This document shows positions 11,901 to 22,648 of a stretch of DNA of 31,471 bases, piece after piece. A model generated the notes under the pieces. That model was not told the origin of the DNA. It was given only the letters and a program-made list of their open reading frames with translations, and did no database searches. This DNA comes from Vitrella brassicaformis CCMP3155 (taxonomy: Eukaryota > Protista > Chromerida). Position 1 is the first letter of the stretch, and each line of letters begins with the position of its first letter. Position numbers and translations under genes: made by a program. The DNA lies in contig CDMY01000680.1 in assembly GCA_001179505.1 (NCBI GenBank), positions 1 to 31,471 of the forward strand, read 5' to 3'.

Positions 11901-13163
11901 CCCCTCTTGAACTCTGCTCACTTGTTCAATTTCCAGTCGGGCTGTGGAATGTCTTCCAGCTGGGGCTCCGCACGGTTGAGGAAGTTCTCAAACACACGAA
12001 CCTCGTTGGCGCTTGACGTACACCACAACACCATACCGAGAGGGAAGGAACATCCATCGTGCTTTGGGACAAATTCCGCCTCCTCACCGCAGGTATTTTC
12101 TGCCAATGTCAAGCACGTGGCGGAGGTCGAATTTGGACACCATCAGCCTGTGCCTGATAGAAAGCAGTGACACACCGACGGCATCCCAGCCATCTCCTGC
12201 GGCTTGCCAAAGAGATGCGACTCACCGCAGCATGCGCAGCTTGGATGATGCTTCGTGTGTGTGTTGGTCGTTGGCGTGCATGCCAGCTTCCATCGCCAGC
12301 AGCTGCACAGATGGTGTTGTGGCGTTGCTCAAGGTGGCCATAGCAGACTGACAACAACAGCTATAATGACTGGACCGGACCGCATTGAGTGCCAGCACTT
12401 TCCCTGCCATGTGCTCACCTGAAGGGCCTGGATTGCCGCCTCCATCTCGGCCTTATTCTGCAGATACGCCTGCTCTTCCTGTGCAGACGATAACAGACCG
12501 CTCAGCAAGTGCGTCCACGGTATGCTCCAAGCCTACGTCACGACGTGTGGTTGTCATGTTGGTCAACTCCTGCTGCGCCGCCGCCAGCTGTGTGCAAGCA
12601 CACATACACACACACAGCCATCCATCCATCCATCCATCCATCCGGCACCTGTGTGTTTGGCGAGTGCATGTACCTCTTCTTTGAGGTCCTCCCCCTCTGT
12701 GGTGAGGATGGTGCGGCCGGCGGTCAAGTCATCTATCAGACCAGCCAATTCCTCCACACGAGCACTGAGAAAAAAGAGCAGGGAAGGCGAAGCCAAAAGG
12801 GCCGACAGGTTGAAGGCGTTGCAGTGCCCCTGTGGGTGATATGTCAAGTGTGTGTGGATGTGTACGTGTTGTCCTTGATGGCTTCTTCCTTCTTCGCTGT
12901 GACGTCGTCGCACCAACACTCATACTTCTTAAACAACCTCTGCTCGGCCTTCCCTGTAGCAGCCAGGCCAAAGACCAGCAGACAGTTGCCGCGAAACCTG
13001 CAGCTCATTGATGTGCGCCGTCCTCACCATCGTTGTCTATCTTGGTGGCAAGATGTTCCAGCAACTCCACGACTGGAGAAATGGGACTCTTCTTGAAAGC
13101 GTCCTCGGCGAGGGCTGTGCCGATGACGGCCAGCCCGCAGAGAACAAACAGCCACGAAACCAT
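8981..13163 (-). CDS. Secreted coiled-coil protein resembling the dinoflagellate/perkinsid-type trichocyst (extrusome) matrix precursor family; about 19-20 exons
   Basis: Signal peptide MVSWLFVLCGLAVIGTALA, then SPISPVVELL..DGKAEQRLFKKYECWCDD, PDWKLNKASPFRKAYEAGSTTVQQTLASMLDAF, DPFVLVKDVINKEIANL..WKEQC, DDLDAIALL..LRGFY, PPPVLWTGPYTG..GESGGIVAVLNMIK and IKPHCDFILDNFDKRLEARRIESDGLKKALAFLNG. Exons splice in phase from ATG 13163 to TGA 8981, with one GC donor at 11762. The family assignment comes from remembered motif similarity and is not searched. Confidence 0.8.
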
Positions 13164-13296
13164 ATTGGGGTTCGATTTGGGGGGTCCTGTCCTTCGGTAA
13201 ATTAAAAGTAGTAAGTGCATGCGCCGTCTCAAATCAGCGCCCCCACCAGCCCCCTCGCGGATTTGTCTGTGACTGCCCACCAACCCCTCGTGGGAA

Positions 13297-15053
13297 ATGC
13301 CTTTTCTGTTTCTAACGTTCTTTCCCTCTCCGCGTTTGGTTTCGCCCATGCCGGGGCCCTCGAAGGCTTGTCACGGCATTGCTCCACTTCCTCCCTGAAG
13401 GTCCATAATTGCACTGCCGACAGCGACGCACACATCGCCAAGCGCGTGGCACTGCATGGCCGCGAAATGGGCGTGACGGCGGGCGAGTGGGCTATGCGAC
13501 ACCTCAGAGGATGCACCAACCAGGGTCAGAGAACGACAAGCACCCACCCCTCTGCGAGATGACACAACGTCCACTGTTCAAGTGTCTGATGCAGATGTGA
13601 GGAATTTATACATGGAGAAAGACAGGGGTGAGAAGAAGTGGGAAACCGGCAGCCTTACCGAAGCGGCCAGCTGGCCATCGGCATGTCACGCAGTGAACCC
13701 AACTTCAGACAGTACCAAGTCACGTGTACGCGCGCGCAGCAGCATGGACACACACCGCATTCGTCATGTGTTACACTGCGGTCTGGTTTGGTTTGCCGTG
13801 TTTCTTCGGTATGCAGATCACCACATCATCCCCAAGTCGTTGCTCAAGAGGTTCTGGAACAAGGTGGCTTGCTACCACCACGGATACCTCATCGGGCTGG
13901 TGGAGATCCTGGGCGACATGGCTCCATACTACGCATTCTGGCCCGTGCTTTGCTTACACGCATGACACAAGCCCGCCCACCGCACCGCAGCCGCAGCAAT
14001 CAATCGTCTCTGTCTCTGTCGGGGGTGGGGATGTGATGTGTGGGTGCACTGTGCAGGCTCAAGAAGGCCCGTGTGTCGGATACACAGACGTGGCTGCACT
14101 TCATCATCAACCCGGAGTCGCTGGAAGGCGTCAGATCATCCGGGGAGGCACAAGAGTCCTGGGACGCCCTCAAGGCGGCGTATTTGTGGATGCCCGGTGA
14201 GTGAGTCATGCAGCAAACACCACACCTTCGCTCTCTGCATTTGATCGATGCATAAAGGTAACGTCGTCAAGGGGCCGCAGCCGCAGCAGCGTGTCAACGA
14301 CCCGGGCAACCGGCTCGATATCGACGTCTGCTGGTACCACAGCTGCCTCAAAGGCTCATCTATCTGCAACTTCATCGCCTACACCTATCAGGTAGGTGTG
14401 CATGGGAGGGAGGGAAGGCAGAAAAAGAGAGGGAGAGAGAAATGTCTGCATATATGTCCGTCCATGTGTGCAGGCCATCGACCAGTACATGGAGACAAGC
14501 GATGAAGTGGTCCTCGCGGCGCCCTGGAGGGACTGAAAACGCTCTCCCACCACCTTGGTCGGCCACCCATACCCATCCACACACACACACACACAGACAT
14601 AGGGAAAGAGAGAGAGAGACAAGGAGGGCGAGGAGAGATACAAAGGATCCATCCCACTAAGCAGAATGCGACCGGCGCATGCAGGAGACACCGTCAACTG
14701 GGACGTGATGTGGTGGACGGAGAGGCACCCCTTCGTGTGGCAGGACCAGGCCGACTCCCTCAAGTCATTGGCCCAGGATGATCCCCAAAGATACTGCGAG
14801 CTCACCGAGAAGTGGCTGCCCAGGATCCAACGTGAGCCACGAAGGTTTTCATTTACCCACCCTGAGCTAGATTTCATGGGCACGATCGACTGGACGAATC
14901 CCGACGACCCCGACTGGTGAGCAGAATGACCCAGCCCACGCCTGAAACGAAGTGCACACAAACAAATGCAGGACGCCTGCGCGTGACGAGGAGGGCCACC
15001 TGTACGATGAGGATGATGACGAGCCAGGAGAGGACATGATGGATGAGGGCTGA
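13297..15053 (+). pseudogene. Multi-exon gene for a possibly secreted protein with HHIIP and W-x-PGN-x3-GP-x4-R-x-NDPG motifs; carries apparent 1-nt frame disruptions
   Basis: Coding-like exons: ..KSHHHIIPKSLLKRFWNKV.., LKKARVSDTQTWLHF..AAYLWMPG, NVVKGPQPQQRVNDPGNRLDID, AIDQYMETSDEVVL / ALEGLKTLSHHL, GDTVNWDVMWWTERHPFVW, and an acidic tail ending TGA at 15053. The frame breaks near 13318-13322 and 14515-14525, and splice phase does not match at about 13944/14057. The start is uncertain. Confidence 0.55.
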
Positions 15054-16166
15054 CCGGATAAGGCCCGACAGATGGATGGATGCCATTGGATGGATGGATG
15101 GATGGCTGTCTGGATGGCTGGCGGTCGATCGGCGACGGCTGTCTCTCTGTTCGCTTCTTGCATGCCATGTGGTGTGGGTGGGGTGGCTGTGTGAGAAGCA
15201 GGGGAGGGGGACGGCCTGGCTCAGTTTGTTCGTTCCTTTTGACGGGGAAGGGCAAGAGATCATTCATGGGATCGATCAGTGAGTGACACAGATCATACCA
15301 AGTGACTGACAAGTGTCATTCATCAAGTCAGGTGGGACATGCCAGTCGGCACACACGCACACACACACCACACATACACACACTCACACACATCCTAGGT
15401 ACCACACACACACAGACAGACAGCTGGCTTGGCCCGGCACGGGGGCGTCCCGACCGTCAGTTAAACAGCTAACGCTCCACACACGGTGGAGGTCGGTGTC
15501 GCATACAAGGCAGGTGCTAAGGGAGAAAAAAGGCATCAATATTGATAGTGCCGCCGATTTGCAGGCAGGCAGGCAGGCAGGCAGAGAGAGGCATCCATCC
15601 ATCCATCCAGCCAGCCATCCAGCGATGCAGCCATGCAAGTGCGTCTCATGGTCATGAGAACACTCACTCCTCATCCATCCATCCAGCCATCCATCCATCC
15701 ATCCAACCGTATCCCCCCCTCTAAGCATCAGTCAGTCAGTCCATCCTCCTCCGTCCCTTATCAACACCCACTCGCCCGCCCACATCTAGGCAGGAGGTTT
15801 ACTTCCTTGCGCTACGGCTGCCTCGCCGGCACCCCGAACGAGATCATAAAAGAGATTGACACTTATGAATGATGGTGGGACGTGTGTGTGCGTGTGTGTG
15901 TGTGTGTGTGTTGGGTATTGTGGACGTCGCCGCCCTCTCTTGCGTTCATCGAAGCGGGGCTCGTGACGACCCCTCCATCCGGCCGATGCATTCGAACGGA
16001 GGAGTCGTCTCTCCCACCACAACAACGCCCCACAAGGGAAGAGAGGCTCACCACACCACAGCCACACAGGAGAGAGAAAACACACATACAGCAGAGAGTC
16101 GGCCAGGAGTATCGATGCGGACAACACACAGTGAGTGTGAGTGTATCCGTAGATATCGTTAGTTAC

Positions 16167-17833
16167 TTAAAGTGTGGCTGTCCGTCTCCATATCTTCCTG
16201 TCGTCCCGGTCGACCCGGCAGGCAAACGCCCTCTCACGGCCCATGCTCATGGATGAGAGGGTGCTTGGTCCGCGGAAGGATCGGTGCGACAGCAAGAGAC
16301 GAAGAGACGAATACCAGGACCAACGAGCAGCATACAGCCAGCCACACAAAACCGAAACTGCTACGCCATCCATCCCAAAAAGCAAAGCGTCACTGACTGA
16401 TCCGGCCCCCTCCACCCCACCCCACACACGCTACGCCTGACTGACACCACAGCACCCCAGAGACGGGCAGGTCGGAGAAGAGAGTCAGGTAGGTGGGCAG
16501 CCGGCCGCCACACAGCCACACCACACCTTGATTGACATCACTTGGATGGTGGCCGTCGCGAGGAGGATCTGTTGTCTTGTTGTTTTGGCGGAGCTCTCCG
16601 CCCCGGCGGTACCCATCCGCCCTCCGCCGCCCCCGTGCGCTTCTTGGCCCACTGCATGAACACCTGCTTGCCGTCCACACACACCTCCTCCGAATAATAG
16701 GCGTCCAGCACGTCTGATGACACACACACACACAGGGGGGTCAAGTGCCATGCCGCCGTGGATGGAATAATGGGGGTGTCCGTGCCTGCTGGCGGTGAAT
16801 TACCTTTAGCGGCTTCGTAGCTTTTGAATTCGACGAAGCAGAATGGGGTGAGGGCCTTGCTGCTGGACTGGGGCACCAGGATCTTCTCGATGTCGTCGTC
16901 ACCATGGAAGATCTACACACACACACACAGACACAGAGACATCACACCACCTCCAACATGCACCTGTCGACTAGACAGGCCTCTCTCTCGCTTTTCTTTC
17001 TCTCACCCGCTCGAAGACCTGCTCAGCCGTGAAGTTATTGGGCAGTCCCGATATGTAGAGTGAGTTGGCGTCGCCCTGCGGCGGGGCGCCGAACCGCTCA
17101 CGATACCGTGGGCCGCCGCCGATGCCGCGCAGAGGTGGTGAGTCAGGCAGAGGCGGCCTCTCCCGCATGGCTCTCTCCCGATCGATGTCGCGGATGATGG
17201 GGGGCGATCTGGGCGAGTGGTGGTGGTTGATGTAGTCGGGCCGCCGGAGGGGTGGCTCGCGCGGGAGGGGCCGGTCGCTGTCACGGGGGGGAGCGGAGGG
17301 GGACCTGCGCATCACACACAGATAGATACAGACAGAGAGGAGAGCAATCCATCCATCGATCGATTCCAACCATCAGTGCATCGTGTGTGCGTGCTGTGCT
17401 TGTTGTGTGTACCGTACCTGTCGCGTCTTCTATCGCCATTGTGCAGTGGGTTGGGTGTCGGCCTCCTGTCCGACCGGCTGTCGTCGCTGTGGTAGCGCAT
17501 CCTCTCCCTCTCCCTGTCCCTATCACGCTCACGCAGGCCCTCCCGCCCACCGTTCATATGATGATGATAAGGCGGGTACAGCGGCGGGCCATCTCTGTCG
17601 AAGTCCCTGGGCGGTGGCCGGTCCCTCTCGTCAGCGTACCTCCTCCCCTCTGGATGATAAGCGTAGGGGGGAGGCGGCTCCCGCATGAAGTCCCGCTCCC
17701 GGTCTCTATCTCCTCGCATGCCGCGGCCATTCATCATGATCATGTCACGGGAGGGCGGAGGGTTGAATGGCGAGCGGGACCGAGACCGAGAGCGGTGATG
17801 GCGCGAGTCGCCGCGCCGTTCCAGCCGCTCCAT
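16167..17833 (-). CDS. RRM RNA-binding protein with an Arg/Asp/Pro-rich (RS/RD-like) N-terminus
   Basis: MERLERRGDSRHHRSRSRSRSP..; RNP2-like SLYISGLPNNFTAEQVFE; RNP1-like PFCFVEFKSYEAAK..VLDAYYSEEVCVDGKQVFMQWAK. The last exon is ambiguous (stop at 16431 or 16167). Confidence 0.8.
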
Positions 17834-18170
17834 GGACGTCGGGAAGACAAGTGAAGTGGACGCCACGGATGCAGGGTGGGGTCTGGGGATGTGGGAGATG
17901 GGAGGGAGAGGCTGTCTTGTCTTGCCCCTCAGTCGTCAGACGTCGATGCTGACAGTTTTCCAGCTGCTGATTGTTTTCCTTCTTCTTGTGCGAGCTCAAA
18001 AAGAACTGCATGCTAAGCTCGCAGGTTGTGCTCAAAAGTTTTTGGGCTTCTGACAGAGCGAAGGCAACGCAGAGTGAAGGGTCCTCAAGCGGCTCCTTTC
18101 CCTCACTCATCGCCTCCGTCCGACCGGCCCTTCTCGTGGTGAGTTGCCTCGCCCCCTCGGTCAATTCGCG

Positions 18171-20259
18171 ATGCACAAGTACCGGCTTATATCCAAGAAG
18201 GGCGAGGGCACTTTCTCTGAGGTGCTCAAGGCGCAGAGCATCAAGACGGGTCGGTACGTCGCCATCAAGTGCATGAAGAACCAGTTCGAGAACCTCGACC
18301 AGGTCAACAGCCTTCGGGAGATTCAGGCCCTCCGCCGGCTGTCCCCCCACGCGCATATAGTCAAGCTGCACGAGGTGCTCTACGACGAGCCCACGGGGCG
18401 GCTGGCGCTGGTGTTCGAGCTAATGGAGATGAACATGTACGAGGCCATTCGGGGCCGGCGGCACTATCTGCCGGAGAGCAAGGTCAAGTACTACATGTGG
18501 CAGCTCATCAAGGCCATGGACCACATGCACCGCAACGGCATCTTCCACCGAGACATCAAACCTGAGAACATCCTCATACTCGAGGACACGCTCAAACTCG
18601 CCGACTTCGGCTCGTGTCGCGGCATTTGGTCCAAGCAGCCGTACACCGAGTACATCAGCACGAGATGGTACCGCGCGCCGGAGTGTTTGCTGACCGACGG
18701 GTATTACAACTATAAGATGGACATGTGGGGGGTCGGCTGCGTGCTCTTCGAGATCATGGCGCTCTTCCCGCTCTTCCCGGGCACCAACGAGCTCGACCAA
18801 ATACAGAAGATACACAATGTCCTCGGTGCGTCAGCAGCAGGGACAGAAGCACATAGAGAGGGGCCACACAGCATCGTGTCTCATGTGGATGGATCGATGG
18901 ATGCAGGGACTCCGCATCAGGACGTGTTGAACAAGTTCAAGGCCAAGGCGTCTCATCTGGATTTCAACTTCCCGTCAAAGGACGGCACGGGCATCGCCCG
19001 ACATCTGCCGCAGGCCAGCCCGGAGTGCATCGAGATTCTCACCCGGCTGCTGGCGTATAACCCCGATGAGCGCATCAGCGCCAGACAGGCGCTCAAACAC
19101 CCGTATTTCAAAGATCTGCGGTGAGGAGACACAGAAGAGGGAAGGGAGACAGGAACATTGACATGCAATCCATCTGTGTCTCTTGTATTCTCCGTGTTTT
19201 CAGTGATGCAGAGAAGGCTGCTCTCGGGCACATGGATCCCTCCTCTCTCCACCGGTCGTCGCGCACAGACAAGCAATCCTCCCACTCGTCGGCCCACCCT
19301 TCCCCGGGCAAGGCCTCGTCCAAACACACCGCCGAGAGCAAGAACACCGACACCCACCACGAGGACAGCACCAAGAAGGGACACCACGACAGCACATCGA
19401 CAAGCGACTCTCCCTCCCTGCTGCCGGACATCAAGCGCAAACAGGCGGCCGGGGGCGCGTTGCCGCTGCACGAGAACATCCCATCTCCCGTCCCACCACA
19501 CGAGCCGACGCACCACAAGACAGCGTCGTCACGGAGTGGGGGTCAGGAGACTATCAACACGGTGCTGGCGGAGACCCAGAGCAGCGCATTGTCGAGAGCA
19601 GGGGAGAAGGAGGAGGACGGGTCGACCATTCTGCCGCCGATCGGCCATGGCGGCAAGGGACATGTGGTGACAATGCCTGTGGGTCAGGGGGGGCTGGGTG
19701 TGAGTGGCCATGCGGCCACGGTCAAGCTGCCCACTGGTGCGTGGAAAGGGCACAAGGCCATGAGGGGCAAGGGGCATGGAGGACACCAACACGGTGAGCG
19801 AAACCGCACCACAAAACAGATGGATCGACCACGAGGCACATGTCTCCTTGTTGCTTGTGGTCAGGTTCCAATCTGGGCAGCACGGCCACATCCACTTTCT
19901 CTGTCCGCAGTGGTGCAGCGCTCCAATCAACCTCCCCCAACCATCCCTCCAACTACAAAAAAGGCCCCATCCACCAGCAGCATCAACAGCAGCAGCAGCC
20001 GTCCCACCAGCAGCCCACCTACTCACACCAGCAGCTTCAGCTTTCGCCCGAGAGCAGCAAGAAGCAGCAACAGATTCAGCTGTCGCCAGAGGGGGGCAAG
20101 CCGCAGGTTGGCACCAAGAGAGTGCACAAGGACCACCACAGAGACAGAGATAGAGACAGAGAGAGGGATCGGGAGAGGGAAAGGGAGAAGGATTCGTATT
20201 ACCATTCGCCTTATGCGGTGTATGCCACCAAGCCGAAGAGAGAGAGGCTGGTGGAGTGA
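18171..20259 (+). CDS. MOK: MOK/RAGE-like CMGC Ser/Thr kinase with a low-complexity C-terminal tail
   Basis: MHKYRLISKKGEGTFSEV, VAIKCMK, HRDIKPEN, DFG and activation loop KQPYTEYISTRWYRAPECLLTDGYY, typical of MOK. Exons 18171-18825, 18907-19120, 19204-~19793 and ~19864-20259; all catalytic motifs are intact. Confidence 0.92.
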
Positions 20260-20500
20260 CTATGATGGTGGCTGCTTGGTTGTTTGGTGGGGGGTCGATC
20301 GATGGATGGATGGATGGATGTATATGTGTGTGGCGGACACTTTGACTCTAGTGCGTAACCATATATGCATATCAAGGATGACTGTGTGTCAATCATTGAC
20401 CTCCTGGACAGAGTGATCAAGGTCTTTGCATCATCCGTTTGTGGTCTCGCACGCATCAAGAACATGGATGAATCCATGCACACAGCAGGCAGCCCCTCGT

Positions 20501-21772
20501 CTATTTTCGCACCAGCAGGCCTTTCCTTATCTTTTCCCACTGCACATCCGAGCGAAAGTGAGTGTACTTGTTGTGGAACCAGGTGTAGTGCGATGAATGA
20601 GGGTCAAACTCATCCCACTTCATATGTCGGCGCCAACGGCGGCCATGCTCTTTCTTGAGCCGATCGCATTCATAAAGGAAGGAGCACCATAGCTGAAAGT
20701 CCACCAGCTTGCACCCGAAAGGAGGGCAGCGTGATAAGGGAGAAGCGAGCTGCATGCAGTCATCATGACTTGCGACTTTCCACTCGACCAGCTGACCCTT
20801 CCTGTCCCGGTAGACGGCCCCCATTCCAAAGTGGTTCCTCAGCTTTTCGATGAGAACATGATTGCTCGCGTGCTGTGCGAGAGAGAACACGGCATGACAT
20901 TTTGGGGGCTTGTGTCGGACAGAGAAGCTCCCTTCTCCTGTGACAAAGCCCGAGAACCACTGCAATGTCTCTTCCCTCTCGGGCAGAATTCCTCCGTATG
21001 TGCTCTCGATTCCTGTCGGAATTGACGAAGATGCTTTCGAATTCATTTGCTGCCGGAGAGCCTCCGCTCGCTGCAATGCAGCCGCAGATGGCCGCCGAAA
21101 ACGAACCCCGCACTCATCGTAGAGCAATCGATAAGCCTCTATCCACTTCTTGTAGTTATATTGCTTGGTGGTCAAAAGGGGATAGCGCTCACACAACTCA
21201 ATCAGAGGGGCAACTCTTTTGCCAGATAGGACCAACGTCACACCATTATCCGTTCGGTCCATGTAGAGGCTGCCGTCTTCTCCCATCGAAACGCGCACCC
21301 GCTCAAGAAGGTGGAGCTCTCGAAGATTCATTTCGAGGTCGAAGCGAGGATAAAAGTACTGACCGCGATTCCCTGCCATGCGAAAACATCCCTCGCCATC
21401 GATAAGGCCGACAATCTGGCGTGGCAGAAGTGGTCGGCGGTCTTGGTTTGCAAAGACCAGACACCCTGTAGCCTCCTGCCTCGTCCAATTGCCGACGCCG
21501 ACGCCACTGGCAAGAAATCTGCGGCTGCTGAGAAAGCCGACCGGCTGACGAGAAGCCCCAGCTGATGAAGCCGATAGGTAAAGGGGCGGAAAGGCTAGCA
21601 GCGGGCGCACAGGAGAGTCTTGAAGAGACCCGGAGGCGAGGCCCGCGAAGGCGCTTTGCAGATGCCTCGTGGACGTTCCACAGAAGCCATGGGCAGATGA
21701 GCTTGAAACTCGACGGACGGCTGCTCCTAGCAGACGGCTTCCCAACGGAAAGAGCATCGGGACACTGATCAT
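20501..21772 (-). CDS. Intronless double-motif LAGLIDADG homing-endonuclease-family protein with a ~95-aa N-terminal mitochondrial-type presequence
   Basis: Motif 1 QIVGLIDGEGCF (~21380-21418) and motif 2 WFSGFVTGEGSF (~20924-20959). Each domain ends with typical LAGLIDADG elements (YPLLTTKQYNY; PPFGCKLVDFQLW). The N-terminus is rich in Arg/Ser/Ala/Leu with almost no acidic residues and includes SSRRFLAS. ATG is at 21772 or 21757; the ORF track's 21778 start is a GTG. Confidence 0.9.
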   Translation of the reverse strand: MISVPMLFPLGSRLLGAAVRRVSSSSAHGFCGTSTRHLQSAFAGLASGSLQDSPVRPLLAFPPLYLSASSAGASRQPVGFLSSRRFLASGVGVGNWTRQEATGCLVFANQDRRPLLPRQIVGLIDGEGCFRMAGNRGQYFYPRFDLEMNLRELHLLERVRVSMGEDGSLYMDRTDNGVTLVLSGKRVAPLIELCERYPLLTTKQYNYKKWIEAYRLLYDECGVRFRRPSAAALQRAEALRQQMNSKASSSIPTGIESTYGGILPEREETLQWFSGFVTGEGSFSVRHKPPKCHAVFSLAQHASNHVLIEKLRNHFGMGAVYRDRKGQLVEWKVASHDDCMQLASPLSRCPPFGCKLVDFQLWCSFLYECDRLKKEHGRRWRRHMKWDEFDPHSSHYTWFHNKYTHFRSDVQWEKIRKGLLVRK

Positions 21773-21833
21773 GATCACGCAACGGGGGCGAGACTGGGGG
21801 CGACGGTGATTTTAGCTTGCAGCAGACAAAAAA

Positions 21834-22648
21834 ATGGCTTCAACACTCCGTCGTCGCTCTCTGCTGGACCCCGGCAGCCTCCCCCCAGCCGGTCTCTATC
21901 GCAGACATCGCATCCCGCCGGCACAGCACATGGCACGATGCAGCACCTCCACACAGCTGCTCTACAAGGCTGATGAAGAGAAGCTGAGGGAGCTTGCAAT
22001 GAGGAAGGAGGAGGCTGAGAAGACAGAGGAGGAGCGGCCCCATCGTATGAGGGTGTCGGCGTCGTTGCCGGACCTGCGTGTTCCCAAGCCGACAGCGCGT
22101 CCGACCTTGAGGCGAGAAGACAGGTGTCCGTGGCTCTTTCAGCCTCCCGAGACCACAAATGGGCTGACACTGACACGCTCCAGGGGTCAGTATGCGTCAT
22201 CTGCAGTGCTGGTGAGGGAGCCCATCCGCCCAGAAGTCCTTTTGCCGGCCGGGGGTCTGTCAAGCTATCAGTTTGCAAGCACGAGGATGGTCATGAAAGG
22301 GGCTCTGCCAAATGCAGACAGTATCATCGTCACAAACGTGAGAAGACACACGTGCACAATGCTCTTTTCCACAGTGCATGCATTCATCTGTGTGTCTCTG
22401 CTGTGCAGAAGTGGCGCCCGCCCACGTTCACGCCAATTCGTGGCACGTGGAGCTTCCTGCGCTTTGCAGACAAGCCCACGGGGCTGCCGTCATCGCACTA
22501 TCGTCGTTCTACGCGGCTGCCGACAAGACGCAGCTATGACAGCCGCATCCATCCCGCGGCGACCAAGACGATAGCCAAGATGGAGCGGGAGCATGCGGCA
22601 GCGATTGCCAGGACGGCAGAGAGATGTCTCAGTAGAAGAGCCAGATAG
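21834..22648 (+). CDS. Hypothetical protein, 2 exons
   Basis: ATG in an A-rich context (aaaaaaATGG). Exon 1 (to ~22337, ..IIVTN) splices in phase 0 across a GTGAG..CAG intron to KWRPPTFTP..MEREHAAAIARTAERCLSRRAR*. No recognisable domain. Confidence 0.65.

Noticed and set aside
12010-12112. Cys-containing stretch TLAENTCGEE.. of ORF 11918-12112
   Set aside because: In-phase splicing shows this part is intronic or out of frame; only the ANEVRVFENF..PDWKLNK part is coding.
15786-15860. VNLFYDLVR resembling the C-terminal helix of Ras/Rap GTPases
   Set aside because: No G1-G4 GTPase motifs are present in any adjacent frame.
13216-18013. TGCATGC (ApiAP2-type motif) in two divergent promoters (~13216 and ~18007)
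   Set aside because: The same 7-mer occurs often in exons and introns in this window and is absent from the other three divergent gaps, so there is no evident enrichment.
20501-21772. LAGLIDADG ORF as an intein or as an ORF inside a group I intron
   Set aside because: There are no intein splicing motifs (N-terminal C/S block, terminal His-Asn) and no interrupted host gene. It lies between the MOK stop and the start of a divergent gene.
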